Shown piece by piece: positions 42,550-61,180 of a stretch of 64,000 nt of DNA. This DNA comes from Eledone cirrhosa (lineage: Eukaryota): positions 162,502,001-162,566,000 of the forward strand of contig OZ024740.1 in NCBI GenBank assembly GCA_964016885.1, in the 5' to 3' direction. The notes under the pieces were generated by a model. It saw only the letters and a list, made by a program, of their open reading frames with translations, was not told the origin of the DNA and ran no database searches. The first letter of the stretch is position 1. Each line of letters begins with the position of its first letter. The translations under genes and the position numbers were made by a program.

Positions 42550-43334
42550 CATAAAGTTGAGAAGAGAGCAAGAAATGGGGGGGGGGGGGGGTCCTCATCA
42601 GTTGTCTACTGCGGTCTCGGATATTTCAACGTTTACAGACAATATATCTACACCAGAGCGTTCAATAACTAGGTAAGTTATTGGGAAAATGGAGGAGAGA
42701 GGGGAGGAAAATAGAAAGGAAAAGGGAAAAAAGGGAAGAAAAAAGAAACACAGCGAAAAAAACAACAAACCGGAGAATGTGCGATCAACTTCAAGAAAGA
42801 AAATTCAAGTCCACAACGGTGCTGAACGTAAGTTCTAAAGCGTGTGGACGAATGAAAAAACCCGCCTGATCCCAGCGAGTGTAAGTGAGAAAAGGACTGC
42901 TAGAGGGTCAGGCGAGGGAAATAATGAGGTGGCTTGCAGAGAGAGGGTGAGTGAAAGTGAGAGGGAGAAAGGGGGAGGAAGAAAGAGGGGCAAGGGTAGA
43001 GCAACGAAATAGGTAGGTAGAAGGAGAGAGAAGACTGATCACAGCGAAACATGATAAAATAAATGGAGAATGGGAAGGTTGCTCGCACATTCTCCGATTT
43101 GTTGTTTTTCCGTTGTTTTTCTCTTTTCTTCCCTTTTTTCCTTTTTCCTTTCTATTTTCTTCCCCTCTCTCCTCCATTTTCCCAATAACTTACCTAGTTA
43201 TTGAACGCTCGGGCGAGGGGGGGGGGATTTATTGTCTTTAAAGCGTTGAAATATCCGAGAACCCCAGTAGACAACTAACTGATGAGGAAAACTTCCCCCT
43301 TCCCGTTCTTGCTTTCTTCTCAATTTTAAGCCTA
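42546..43334. mobile_element. Fold-back element with purine/pyrimidine-biased arms of about 240 bp carrying the permuted hammerhead-like motif
   Basis: 42546-42785 is approximately the reverse complement of 43083-43334; TA tracts on both sides. Confidence 0.85.
42595..42656 (-). ncRNA. Permuted hammerhead-like motif, family A
   Basis: GAUA-UA-UUGUCUG-UAAACGUU-GAAA-UAUC-CGAGACCGCAG-UAGACAA-CUGAUGA-GG. Confidence 0.62.
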
Positions 43335-43377
43335 CCTTAACTAGCAACTACACAGCCTTCCTATTCTCCATTTATAT

Positions 43378-43438
<61 letters not shown>

Positions 43439-43622
43439 GGAACAAGTAAGACCCCGACGGCTGAGCTCAAGCCGTTTCGACGGCTAATTCTTGAATTAGC
43501 CGTCGAAACGGCTTGAGCTCAGCCGTCGGGGTCTTACTTGTTCCTATTACCCACTCTACTACCCTAAGTATTGAGTACTTTGGTGCGTTATGGTCCACCT
43601 GGTTCCTTACCACTTTTCCTTC

Positions 43623-43696
<74 letters not shown>

Positions 43697-43733
43697 CATA
43701 TATATACATATATATACATATATATACATATAT

Positions 43734-43851
<118 letters not shown>

Positions 43852-44289
43852 ACATATATGCTTGTGTGTCTGTGTCGTCTATATATTGCATGCATGAATG
43901 AATACACTAATCTTTAGATTTAGTAGAATTTACAACCACTGATTCCAGCTATTTGCACTATCATATATTTTGGTTCCTATTAATTCCCCGGGGAATTGGT
44001 TGACCAAATGCTTTGCTTAATTATTTATTTTTTAAAAAATGTTATTCTTTCTGTTAGACTTCAGGTAATTTTTGAAAGCAAAGCATTGGCCCCTAAAATA
44101 CTACAGTGGGCCCTGCAATGTTACTGTGGGCCCTTGCGATGCCACCATGCCTTTCCCTATTTTTCCTCTCATTTATTGAATTTATATTCCTTTCCAAAAC
44201 TACTTTTTCTTCTATGTTTGACTATATATTAAATTCTTTATTATTTTTATGTAATTTTGTTCTAGTAATATATTTAAGTATTTTGAAAT

Positions 44290-44582
44290 GAAATCTTTAA
44301 TCATATTAAATTCTCAACAAATTATATTATAATCCTATTAAATTATCAACAAATTAAATCATAATCATACTAAATTATCAACACATTAATTTATAATCAT
44401 ATTAAATCATCAACAAATTATATTATAATTCAATTAAATTATCAACGAATCCTATTAAAGTATTAAGAAATTAAATTATAATTCAATTAAATTATCAACC
44501 AATCCTATTAAATTATTAACAAATTAAATTATAATTCAATAAATTATCAACGAATCCTATTAAATTTTTACCAAATTAAATA
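44290..44582. repeat. AT-rich minisatellite with units of about 20-32 bp built on ATTAAATTATCAAC
   Basis: Seen directly. Confidence 0.85.
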
Positions 44583-45086
44583 GTAGACAATTATTATCTA
44601 CATTTGTTTAATATACCTAGCAATATGTTAATTCCTGGTTAATTTCTTATTCAAAACGCTGCCTTATGCTACTTTTTATGTTATTTTTTATGAAATGGAT
44701 CTGGTAACTCGGGTCTAATATTTAGACATCGTGTGTCGAAGGCCACATCATTGGACGTGTTTATCTTTATCAAATACTGCTAAATATGATTCAGAGAGAT
44801 TTAGCTGTTATTTGCGGCATATTAAGCGGTTGAACTGCCAGATCAAGCCAGATCATCTTTGAGGTTGTGAATGATTAGCAGAAAGACGGGAATACCTAGA
44901 AAATGCTGAGTATGAAATTTCCGGACGTCGATACCTGAAGCTTTAAACTGTCGGGAATTAAGGAAGGGGAGCTAATTGGGTAGTAGCGGATTTAAACTCA
45001 AAACATAAAGAGTCAGAACAAATACTACTAGTATTTACTACAAATACTTAGTCAGATGCTCAAACAACTCTGCCAGTAATAATAAT

Positions 45087-45267
45087 TGTTTCTACTTTTG
45101 GCACAAGGCCAGAAATTATCCAGTACATCACTGGTACTTTATTTTATTGACCCCGTAAGGATGAAAAGCAAAGTTGACCTCGGCGGGATTTGAACTCAGA
45201 ATGGAAAGGGCCGTAATTCTATGCGTCAAAGCATGACGTCCGACCCTCTACTGATACTACCAATCCA
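45087..45267 (-). mobile_element. tRNA-derived SINE with 14-bp TSD; partial copy follows at about 45282-45409
   Basis: CCAGTAATAATAAT at 45073-45086 and 45268-45281. Confidence 0.9.
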
Positions 45268-46158
45268 CCAGTAATAATAATAATTTTCTACTTTTGACAG
45301 AAGGTCAGCAATTACCCAGTGCATTACTGGTACTTTATTTTATCGACCCCGCAAGGATGAAAGGCAAAGTTAACCTCGGCGGGATTTGAACTCAGAATGG
45401 CAAGGGCCTTGGAAGCACACATTAGGCAAGGACCCTAACAGAAGTGCTTGAAAATTGAGCTGATGAAAGAATCCCAAAAGACCCTTGATCAGTGGTTATG
45501 ACTTGCTCTTGGGTTGTAAAAATGACACAAGACCGGTCAATGATATGAATAATAATAACAATAACAACAATAATGGACACAAGGCCAACAATTTGGGGGA
45601 CTAGCCAAATAGCAAGTGTAACATTGTCTAAGAGCCCTGTATTTTCAGTAGGGGGGGGGGCGCAAATTGCTTTATTCTATAGTACTATACTACCTTTAAC
45701 ATTTATGTCAATGATTCTTTTAATTTAGGGCCCCAAAGTACATTATTGCTACCATAAATAATACACAGGCGCCGAGGATATGTTCATCCAGAGGCCACAT
45801 GCAAGCCTATTCTACCTCTCCTTTCAACTATATGTTTACAATAATGCGTTCTAGAATCATAAACCATATCGCCTATTCAGTAAAATAACTGCGAATGATT
45901 ATAAGGATCATGGTGATGATTATAATGATGGTGATAATGACGATGATGACATCGTAAAAATGTGATAATATATGTCCCACTCTTTCAAGCTGAGTCATAC
46001 AGACATATTTGTTTACCTAAAAATACATGCGTGTGCGTGACTTTGACATTCGAGTGCCGTGTCGATTTAATAGTCAGGTTAACTACATACGCATATAATA
46101 TTATATATATATGGGGGGGGGTCCGTGTGTGTGTATGTGTGTGTCTGTTTTATATATA

Positions 46159-46200
<42 letters not shown>

Positions 46201-46263
46201 CATACATATAAATATATATATATATACACATACATATACATATATATATATACATATATATAC

Positions 46264-46336
<73 letters not shown>

Positions 46337-46391
46337 TATATATATATACATATATACACATACACACACATACATATATATATATATGCAC

Positions 46392-46438
46392 ATTCCTGAT
46401 GATTTCTCAAGAATGAAACAGTTCTAGTCCTGTAGAAT
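46392..46438 (+). ncRNA. Hammerhead ribozyme
   Basis: AUUC-CUGAUGA-UUUC-UCAA-GAAU-GAAA-CAG-UUCUAGUC-CUG-UA-GAAU; U-U at the base of stem II; degenerate homolog at 54149-54191. Confidence 0.7.
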
Positions 46439-46650
46439 CTCATCTATATTAAAACTTTTATACTCTGCTATGTATTGAGTACCTTACTTACTGTGGTTAC
46501 CTCCGATTCAACCCGGAATAACTTATATATATATATATTAAACTTTAATCTGTTATTTTAATAAATATTTGCTCTACGGTTCTTATATATTTGATATATA
46601 TTTTCCTTATCGAGCCCTCTTTGGATTTTAATCTTCAATTTTATTATTAT

Positions 46651-46761
<111 letters not shown>

Positions 46762-47512
46762 AATGATCAACATCATCATCATCATGTGTGCGCAGAATTT
46801 CCGCCTCTCAACTGTCCTCTGCCAAGCATTGGTTAACCTGAAGCTATAGTAGAAACCTCCCTAACACACAGACATGCCTGCATGTATATAAATATTTAAT
46901 ACATAATAAAATGACAATGAATGTAAGCGGATGTAATACAGGCGGAGTGGTCATGGCAATTATGAGACGGCTTATCTGTGGCATTATTGATTCCTTTCAT
47001 TCTTCCAGGGTCGATAAAATAATTACCAATATTGTACTGGTCGATATAATCGAGTGTTCTTTCCTACTAAAATTTCTGGGTGTCTGCCATATATATAAAA
47101 ATTATACAAATGGAACTTTTAATTAGAAAGACTTAAAACATATAGGCTGCAGGCGCAGTGGAAGCATTTCTGAATTGGAGTGGGGTGGTGCCAAATTTGG
47201 TCAATTTAGTTGCAGTGATTAGTTTAGCTGTTATCATCAAATATCAATCTAGATATAAAAAAACTTCGATATGCGATAAACATAACATAAACATAAATTA
47301 TAGCGCATATACAAATAGATGTGTTTTTGGTAGTTTGGGGACAAACATTTAATTATTGAGTGGTGCCATGCCCCCCCCCCCCCCGTCCCCCCAGTTCCAT
47401 GGCCCCTGGACTTGCTGAAGGAAACTCGACGAATAAGAGATTGAGGGGTAGAGATATAAATCGAGATATAAAGAAAAGACAAAAGATGAAAGATAGAGAA
47501 AGCTGTGGTAAT

Positions 47513-47697
47513 AATTGTTTCTACTTTTGGCAGAAAGCCAGCAGTTATCCCAGTGCATTACTGTTACTTTATTTTATCGACACTGTAAGGATGAAAGGCA
47601 AAGTTAACCTCGGTGGGATTTGAACTCATACTGTAAAGGGCCGTAACTCTATGCTGCAAAGCATGGCGTCCGACCCTCTACCGATACAGCCAATCCA
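47513..47697 (-). mobile_element. tRNA-derived SINE, main family
   Basis: Full-length match to the other copies. Confidence 0.88.
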
Positions 47698-49194
47698 CGA
47701 AAAAGAGAGTGGATATAAAGGGAAGAATAGCAAAACACAGCGATTCAACACAGCGATAGTATGGAAAACACTGGCGTTTGGTACACAATAGATAGAGGAA
47801 GACAATATAAAATTCTAATAAAGAGTAGGAAAAGATGCTTAAAATATTACGAGAGAGAGAGGGAGATAGAAAATGGAAGATAGACATAGACAAACATTAA
47901 TCTCGCCGTGTCCGATAGGTTAGATTAAAAACATTCCCGTATTGTTATACTTTAGGAGGGTCATGCTGCCAATAAAAATACTGTTGGATTTCACTTTAAT
48001 TTATTAGAAACTCCCAGTCGTATAGTTTAATAACCGGATTGTTTAGTTGTTAATTGTCAAAGCTCTTTCGTCACACAATCTGTGACCTCCTAAGTGATTA
48101 CCTTTGTTGTTATTTTGTGTCTCTCATGTGTCCTGTCTTACACCATCTTGTTTTTGTGATCTGTGTCATGACTCTTCCAAAGTATAACAATATCTGTTTC
48201 AACACACGTTTTCAGATAAGAAATCTTGCAAAACAAATACAAAATTGAACTACCATATTCACTCCGATTTACTTTTCGCTCCTATGTGAGCTCCTATGTT
48301 TTCTGCTCGTCACTTTACATTCACGACCGTTTTCAGGAATGAAGAAAATGAGAAGAGGAAGGGAGAAGATGGAGGAGGAAGAAAACCGAGAGAGAAGGTA
48401 AGAAATAGAAAGGAAAAAAGGATATCATAGGGGTGAAGAAGAAGAAGAAGAAGAAGAAGAAGAAGAAGAAGAAGAAGAAGAAGAAGAAGAAGAAGAAGAA
48501 GAAGAAGAAGAAGAAGAAGAAGAAGAAGAAGAAGAAGAAGAAGAAGAAGAAGAACGTAATTATGTTAGGTGTGTAGGATGTGTAGAATTAGATCAAACAG
48601 GCCAGGTCAATTTCATCTCAGATGCTGGCCATAGCTCTTAAGAATGTTAGACAGTGCTTCCAATGTTTGAGCCGCCACATATTTTGTAGGTGACCTTGTA
48701 TGGAACGTACGATCTCATGCACATTTCTGCATCGTTGATGGGACAGTTTGGGAGGGTCAGGTTATCAAAAACATATGCATCAGTTGAGTTTCACTTCAAT
48801 TTATTACTATAATTTCCCGTCGGTTAGATTAATAACCAGATGGTTGTTTAGATGTTAATTGTGAAAGCTCTTTCCTCACACATTCTGTGATATGAGAGTT
48901 TAGCAGCTAGGTTGTGCGGCCATCTAGATGCACCTCAAAATTAACTGTTATGGTAAGTACCTAATTTTCAGCTTGTTGAAATTGAATTAAATCTGTCCAG
49001 TATACACATTTATTCCTTTTTGTTTTTCATAAACTATTAGATACCACTTTCATACCACATTCTAGACATTGATTCTATTCAATGCATTCTTGACAACTAA
49101 CCGTTCAAAGCTCTGTTTTTACCAATATTTATTCGTATTCCAAACATTCCATTCCTAGATAATCCCCACTGATTATATTCAATGTACTTCCCTA

Positions 49195-49640
49195 GGCCTG
49201 TCATTGTCATATAGTCGAAGAAGAGCATTCTGATTGAAATGACTGTCCTGTGGGATGACAGGTGGAATGAGTCTTTGAAAAGAAACTCCATCAAGTATCA
49301 GGACAAAGTCTGAAGGTAGACGGCTTGACTCATTCCAGTTGAGGTTGTACACAGAGGATTCCCGACACAGTCAATATGGAAGATTCTTTTAATTCTGGGA
49401 ATAACATAACGGGAAAGAAAGAGAACTGTTCATGGTTTGTAGAAGGCAGTGGAGTAGGCTCTGGAATAGGTGAGTGAAGTTCAGCTGAAGCCAGGTGAAG
49501 GTGGGCAGTGATTGACCATCGACTCTTGACAGGTTAAGTGGATGAGATAATGATTTAGGGTCGAAATACCCAAAGAAAGTTGAACACCGTCTGAAAGCTT
49601 CTTCTCATCGAAAGCTAGTCATGAGTAAATGGCAGAATAC
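49195..49640 (+). pseudogene. Decayed 3' end of a Hero/NeSL-like non-LTR element (restriction-like endonuclease plus 3' UTR)
   Basis: ILIEMTVLWDDRWNESLKRNSIKYQD..PVEVVHRGFP resembles the ELTVPWE..K..KY..PVEVGCRGF endonuclease signature. Confidence 0.7.
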
Positions 49641-50614
49641 GCCAATAACTGCAGTAGATTTATTTAAGTGGTAAAGAGTATTATTTTTTAACTAGACTCA
49701 CCATGATAGTACAAATATTTTTTCACTTGGTCATTGTAAATACAAAAATAGAAATATTCGTGTTCAGAAAAAAAAAATAAATAAATAAATAAACAAAAAA
49801 CACCACAAATATTTTTATAATGCCAGGTAACTAAAATGTAAAGTAAGATTGAAGACAAAATATTCAGTTTTCAGCAGTGTGATACAAGGAAAATAATAAC
49901 AGAGTCATAGTCTAGAGTTGATCATATTTCTACTGAACGAAATATAATCACTTCGTGTATAGATATTCAAATTTGCAAACTGTTGTAAATCCTAACTGAT
50001 TACATGTTGCAACAAGAAGGCATCTACACAGCTCAATTACTGCATATCATTACCACTGGTTCTGTGATTTGATACACTCGGTTCTCGACCACTAAACTAT
50101 TTGAAAATAGTTAAATATATGTAACTAATACGTTTATTCTCTTGTTTAAAATTCAAGGAGAAATACAATTACTTCCTTAGAAATGTTCACTCCTGGGAAA
50201 TGGAAGTCAGATTATTTTTATTGATCAGGGGTTTCCAAACAATGAGATCAGAAGTTTCTAAAACTTTGGTGTCTGCATGTCGAGAAATTAAGTCAAATCT
50301 GATGATCTTTTACAAAAATTTGGTTGTCAAATATATTTGAACATTCTGCGAACGATTACGCACGTGACTAGTAACACGTGACATGATAATTGTTTATTTA
50401 TTGATTTCGTTAATTTCATGTCACTATTAAAGCATAAAGCGCTCCGTAAAAGTATATTTCTAAAACATTTGTTGCTAATGTGAAAAGTTTGAAAAGCTCT
50501 GATACACTGTATTTTTTCAGAATACATGACATATTTTAAAGAAAGAAGTTAGGTATATTCAGCTGTACTTATACATGGCGTATATATAGTATGCATATAT
50601 ATTAGCAGATCAGA

Positions 50615-50985
50615 GGATTGGCAGAATCACTAGACCACTGCTTTGTGGTATTTTGTTACGACTTTCTACGTTCTGAGTTCAAATTTCGCCGATGTCAACT
50701 TTGCTTTTTATCCTTCCGATTAAGTACTGGCGTCGATATAGTTGACATCCCCCGCTTCTCACAACTGCTGGCCTTTTTCCTGAATTAGAAAGAATCATAA
50801 TTATATTCATACCTAGGACGGTGGATTGGCAGAATCGGTAAAGCGTCAGACAAATTACTTTGTGGTGTTTCGGCTCTTTTCGTTCTGAATTCAAGTCCCG
50901 CCGAGGTCAACTTTGCCATGCATCGTTCCGGAGACGATAAACTAAAGTACCAGTAAAGTACTGGGGTAGATGTAATCGACGTTTC
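50615..50985 (+). mobile_element. Two adjacent older tRNA-derived SINE copies (starts about 50615 and 50823)
   Basis: Each begins GGATTGGCAGAATC and has TTCTGA.TTCAA.T..CGCCGA.GTCAACTTTGC. Confidence 0.8.
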
Positions 50986-53155
50986 ACACCCCTGTGTTGA
51001 AAATAATGCATTTACACAGTAGATGAGTAATTTTTAGCAAAAAAAAAAGCAAAAAATATAAAGCTATAATATCCATTTTTCTTTCATATCATGAGGTGTC
51101 AACATTTTCGTTGCTGTAGAATTATGTCAGTGATTATGCCACGATGGGGTGACACATATTTTGACATCACACGAAATATAGGAAAAGTGAATATAACAGT
51201 TGTTTGTGCTTTTAGATTGCTAAAATATCTCTTCCACAATGTAATTGATATGTAAGTTTACATATTCAAAACGATTAAGCTATGTGAAATTTATAATTAA
51301 ACTAGTCAATTGTTTTAAGAATAGTTTTTCTTACATGTACATATGTCCAAATGAATCAATGTTCACAAATATCTCCCCGTTTTCAATTATGTCTGAATAC
51401 CTCTTTTAATGTATTGAGGCCCTTGTTACGTCAAACAGAAAATAGGATGTATATATTGCTAAATCTTCTGACCCAAACATCATAGTTTCACTTACTCTTC
51501 CCTTCCTTATATAATTCCCTATCTCATTTTTTGTTTAAGAGCACAAGTAACGCTTTAAAGATGCTTGTAACTAAAGGAGATTATTCGGACTTCAGAATGT
51601 TGATATTTATTGACAGATAAAATATTTGTTGACGAAACATGGCCGCTACAAAAGCTAGATCACGGTAGTTTGAAGATTTAAATGAGATCAGACAGATACT
51701 GATATTAAAGATGTTGAAGAGAAGTACACAAACTTTGTTGTGTGCTTCTTTTTTTCCATGCACACTGAACTAGTCAGAAAGGTAAATAAACAACAAAAAC
51801 AACCACAGTGATCAGAATATTTAATTTATAAAGGTAAAACAAAACACCATCTAAATCACGAAGTTTGAAACAAAAAATATAACAAAAGAAAATTTGTACA
51901 ACAACGAATCTAAATTTACTAAGCGGAAGACACAGTCGTGAATTTATTTTTGAATATAATTCTAAATTCAAACTGACACATATATCGCTCATACTTTTTT
52001 CAAGTGGTCCCATCACCAAGACACCTACCACACAATGCTGCTGTCTCCATCAGCGACACACTAATCACACTTTCGGAAATGTGCTTCTATCATATTTACC
52101 ATCTTTTTAAAGAAATTTGATTTTATGTATTGATATATTTATTTTGATTACTATCAATTATTTTATTTTTATATTTCATTTTTCCTCGCTTATCAATAAT
52201 TCATTGTTGATATAGATTGATTTGCACTTAAAATTTAATTTATTTATTTTCAAACAATCAATCACGCTTGGCGTACTTTTACCGTTCTAGTTTTTTGAGG
52301 TTAGTTTGGTGCAGTGATATCGAATAGTTTGTTTGTAAACTTCAATGAATTTATTTCATTCCAGGGTTTGATTTGTTCACATGAAACGAATGACGTCTTT
52401 GACTGCTATGTATAATCCATTAACTTTTGAAAATGAATTTTATTCATTTATTATTAAACCACCAAAGACAGTAGTGTGTCGAAAACAGTATAGTGCCGGA
52501 ATAACATCAGAAGAAGATAAATACAGTAATATATTATTAATAAAGCGAAGTTTATCTCCCCACGAAATAATTTTCACTCACCTGTAGTGACTACAATACA
52601 TTTTGCGAAACATTATATCTCGAGCTCAACTTGAGCCTTACTGCATCAGAGTTGCTGTTTAGCTCAGAGTCAGCCTTAATTTGATAAGGATGTGATTAAA
52701 CGCTTTGATCACTATTCTAGATATAGTGTAACTAAAACTAAAATATTCAGTATCTCTTTTTCTTTTAAGATTATCATTTTAAGATGATTTTGCTGCTATT
52801 TCTAGCAATCCCGGTAAAGGCGTATAGACATCAAATGTGCCTCCTCTTGCGATTATAAACTTAAAATAGAGGAATGTTTCCGCTGCTGATAATATCTTAT
52901 CTAGAGCAATGATATTCGGAAAGGTTGTTAAACTTGATAGACAATAACGTTTAATAAATAAGGAGTGTCTTATATATTATATTTTATAATAAGAAGAGAT
53001 AAACACAACATTCGACAAAACACTCATGCATATTTGTCTCCATCCATAAAGGAATTATTAATGAAAAAAATTCCTATTTCAAATATTACTGTACAGAAAA
53101 ATATGTTTTGACAAAGACGCCTACACAGACTCGCATACCCCAGCCATATATATAT

Positions 53156-53195
<40 letters not shown>

Positions 53196-53231
53196 GAAAG
53201 TCAGATTTGCATCTTGTTATGAAACTTTATT

Positions 53232-53319
53232 GCAAATTACAACTGTTTCGATACCGATCAGCTCAGGTGTGATCAGGCGATCGGATCCCGACTCTTAATC
53301 GACACCTCCTCAGATATGC
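53232..53319 (-). ncRNA. Hammerhead ribozyme with extended stem II
   Basis: GCAUAU-CUGAGGA-GGUGUCGAUUA...UGAUCGGUAUC-GAAA-CAGUUG-UA-AUUUGC, then AAUAAA. Confidence 0.75.
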
Positions 53320-53344
53320 GAGTTTACTTGTGTGTGTGCCTATG

Positions 53345-53406
<62 letters not shown>

Positions 53407-54076
53407 GTCAGGTCGCTCTCGAGTGCTACTGGTAACATGTAACCCAGTACAACCTATCTCATAGTCGGGTCGTCGGCGACTAAACCGGCAACCCCACCAA
53501 GCAAGCTTGGAGGGTGATATTTGGACACCCTGCGGGATGAAATACATGACCCGGCAAAGGGTGGAGTAACTCAACAGAGTCAACGGCATCCAAATAGTAC
53601 TTTTTTTTTTCCACCTGGGAGTGAAAGGCCCCCAGTTGTTGTCCACAACACCTTTCTAAGAGAGGGAAACTCTGAAAAAAAACCCTACGACTTCGGAAGC
53701 ATCCGATGATGTTGACAAGTTCTCCTTTTCGGGTAGTGTTTGCGATGCCCAGAGAGTGGGATTGGTCAATTGCAAGGCCTTTCCCCACTTAAAAAAACCT
53801 TCAAAGCACAGGCATTGCTTGTTCAGGATCAGTTACAAGCGATTGTAATACGCTTAGCAGAGTCTGCAGCCACCATATATATATATATTCTTATACATCG
53901 GTAGGGTCATGCTGCAAATAGAAACACACGCACCTGTTGGTTTCACTTCAATTTATTAGAAATTTCCAGCTGATTGGTTTAGTAACAGTATGCTTGTTTA
54001 TTTGTTTATTATCAGAAACAAGAACAAAGGAGAGACACAAAACAACAAATTAGTCGTGTAATTATATCCACGTTTC

Positions 54077-54126
<50 letters not shown>

Positions 54127-54219
54127 CCCGGGTTCAATCGGGGGTAACCCGAGGATTTCCTTCGAATGAAACAGTTCTGCACCTGTAGAAGCTATTTCTA
54201 TATTAAATACACACACACA

Positions 54220-54310
<91 letters not shown>

Positions 54311-54370
54311 CCATATATATATATATATATATAGTTAAAAGAATAGAGGTGTAACACACAAGTTATTATA

Positions 54371-58636
<4,266 letters not shown>

Positions 58637-58733
58637 TAGATATATAGATATACATATATATATAGATATATATAGATATACATATATATATATATATAAT
58701 ATAAGATCAAAAGATGGTTAAAAGAGTTCCAAG

Positions 58734-58804
58734 TATTTTATTATGCGCATTTCAAAAACAAATATCATCATGGGATGATATCTGCGTTTTCATCAGATAA
58801 AATA
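58734..58804 (-). ncRNA. Minimal PLE-type hammerhead ribozyme
   Basis: UAUUUUAU-CUGAUGA-AAACGCAGAUAUCAUC-CCAU-GAUGAUAUUUGUUUUU-GAAA-UGCGCA-UA-AUAAAAUA. Confidence 0.88.
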
Positions 58805-58904
58805 GGGATACATGATATGAAGCTTAAAAAAACACTTGTCAACATATGTTGATTTAAAACTTCACTATTCACAAGTGTTTTTTAAGCTTCATATCATGTA
58901 TCCC

Positions 58905-58975
58905 TATTTTATCTGATGAAAACGCAGATATCATCCCATGATGATATTTGTTTTTGAAATGTGCATAATAAAATA
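58905..58975 (+). ncRNA. Minimal PLE-type hammerhead ribozyme, second arm
   Basis: Same as 58734-58804 except UGUGCA in stem III. Confidence 0.85.
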
Positions 58976-59096
58976 CTTGGAACTCTTTTAACCATCTTTT
59001 GATCTTATATTATTTATACTCCAGTCCTACAAACTGTAGAGTGCTACTTATCCGATATTTGCATTGCTTTATTGTGCTACAATAAAACTCACATCT

Positions 59097-59158
<62 letters not shown>

Positions 59159-59187
59159 AGAAAAAAAGAGAATCAGTATTGCGACGA

Positions 59188-59261
<74 letters not shown>

Positions 59262-59422
59262 TCTATCTCTTTATATATATAAGTAGAAGGGATATTTAAT
59301 TTGTTGGAAATACAACAAATAAATATAAATGTATATAATTGATTAAGAGCACTCGACAGATTTCTGGAGTAAATATTCAATGATATTAAATAAATGGAAA
59401 TTATATTTATAAAACCATATTT

Positions 59423-59481
59423 ATTCAATTATATATATTTCAAGGGTACCAACATTTTGGTACGCTATCATCAGATGAAAT
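59423..59481 (-). ncRNA. Minimal PLE-type hammerhead ribozyme, diverged relative of 16164-16227
   Basis: UUCAU-CUGAUGA-UAGCGUACCAA-AAUG-UUGGUACCCUU-GAAA-UAUAUA-UA-AUUGAA. Confidence 0.68.
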
Positions 59482-60049
59482 ACAAAATGTTTTATAAATA
59501 TTTGACATGACCAAGGATAATATACCTTAACTGTTCAAGTTATCCCTGGAAAGTGAAGGGAAGAGAGAAAACAGATATTTAAAATTATTAATATGAGTAT
59601 GCAAATGAGGTTTATATTAAAGGGCTGAAAAAACGTTATTTTAGACGCTATGGAAAATTTAAATAATTATGATAAGTAATATCTCTAATTAATAATATCT
59701 CTAAAATTTCTTATAATACGTGTGTAAGTGTATGGATATTTATATATTTATGTACTTCTATATAATTCTAATTTTAATTTTAATTTTAATTTCTTTTTTT
59801 TTTTATTATTTTTTCTTAATTCTTTATTTTTCTAATGACACCCTCTAAAGCTAATTTTTAAATGCAACCAACCAACCAACCGGAAATTTATAAATTCCTA
59901 AATTTATAAATTTAATTTATAATAAATTGAAGTGCAAACAACTGCTGCGTGTGTTTCTTATTGGCAACATGACCCTCCCAAAGCATAACAATATCGGTTT
60001 CAACACACGTTTTCAGACAAAGAATTTTGCTAAACAAAATTCAGAAACG

Positions 60050-60117
<68 letters not shown>

Positions 60118-60127
60118 CAATTCTCTA

Positions 60128-60167
<40 letters not shown>

Positions 60168-60203
60168 CGTTTCTGAATTTGTTTAGCAAAATTCTTTATC
60201 TGA

Positions 60204-60255
<52 letters not shown>

Positions 60256-61106
60256 TTGAAAAGATAACAAGTACGAGTGGTTACTCCTTCATTACATTTA
60301 TTGGTAGGTGACGCGCGTTTCGCCACTGATCAGCTCAAGGTTCGATCTGTATCGATCTTACCCGACTCTATAATCCGCAGCTCTACGGACCCTTTAAAAT
60401 GCTAGTAGAAAATGAATACATGCTATATGGTAAAGTCAGAAGTTCATGTGTTGGTCAATAAGGCTTGTTTTGATTGGTGGAATAGATCATAGGGATGTTT
60501 TCGCCTGTAGTAGATATATATACATATATATATATATATCGCTTTTCTCACTATTTAACGTATTAGTGTGCACTCAGTTTTCTTTGGGTTGGTGTCTTAA
60601 TGATACTAGCTTAATTAAAGCATTGAGTCTGAGTGAGAAAGTGATCGAAGATTTTTCGGTCCTATACAATAGTAGTTTCGGTAGAGCGCCGGACAACATG
60701 CTGTGTAGCATAGAGTTACGGCCCTTTGAGTTCTGAGATCTAAATATACGTATATATATTCTGTCTCTTTTTCTTAATTTCAAATTTATTTCGTTTGGTC
60801 TTCTGCTTGTTGGCAAAGTTGTAAAGTGTCTGTCATTCCTTACACAACCTTTCATCCTTTATATTTTAGGAAGATCAATTTTTCTAGGTCCATTTTATGT
60901 ATGTATTTATATAGGTATGTATGTAGGTAGGTTTGTACGCTTGTATGTACATATAAATTAACCATTGACATATATACTTTCAGCAACGAAATTGTGACGC
61001 TAGACTCAAGCTTTCCTCAAATCTTTACATACGTCTCCACCATCATCAACGTTACACGACATTTATTGTGTAAAACGAAAAAAAAACATCATCATAGATT
61101 GGTCAG

Positions 61107-61172
<66 letters not shown>

Positions 61173-61180
<8 letters not shown>

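Larger units (their letters stand above)
58698..59013. mobile_element. Fold-back PLE-type tail with arms of about 142 bp and a spacer of about 30 bp
   Basis: 58698-58839 is the reverse complement of about 58871-59012. Confidence 0.92.
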
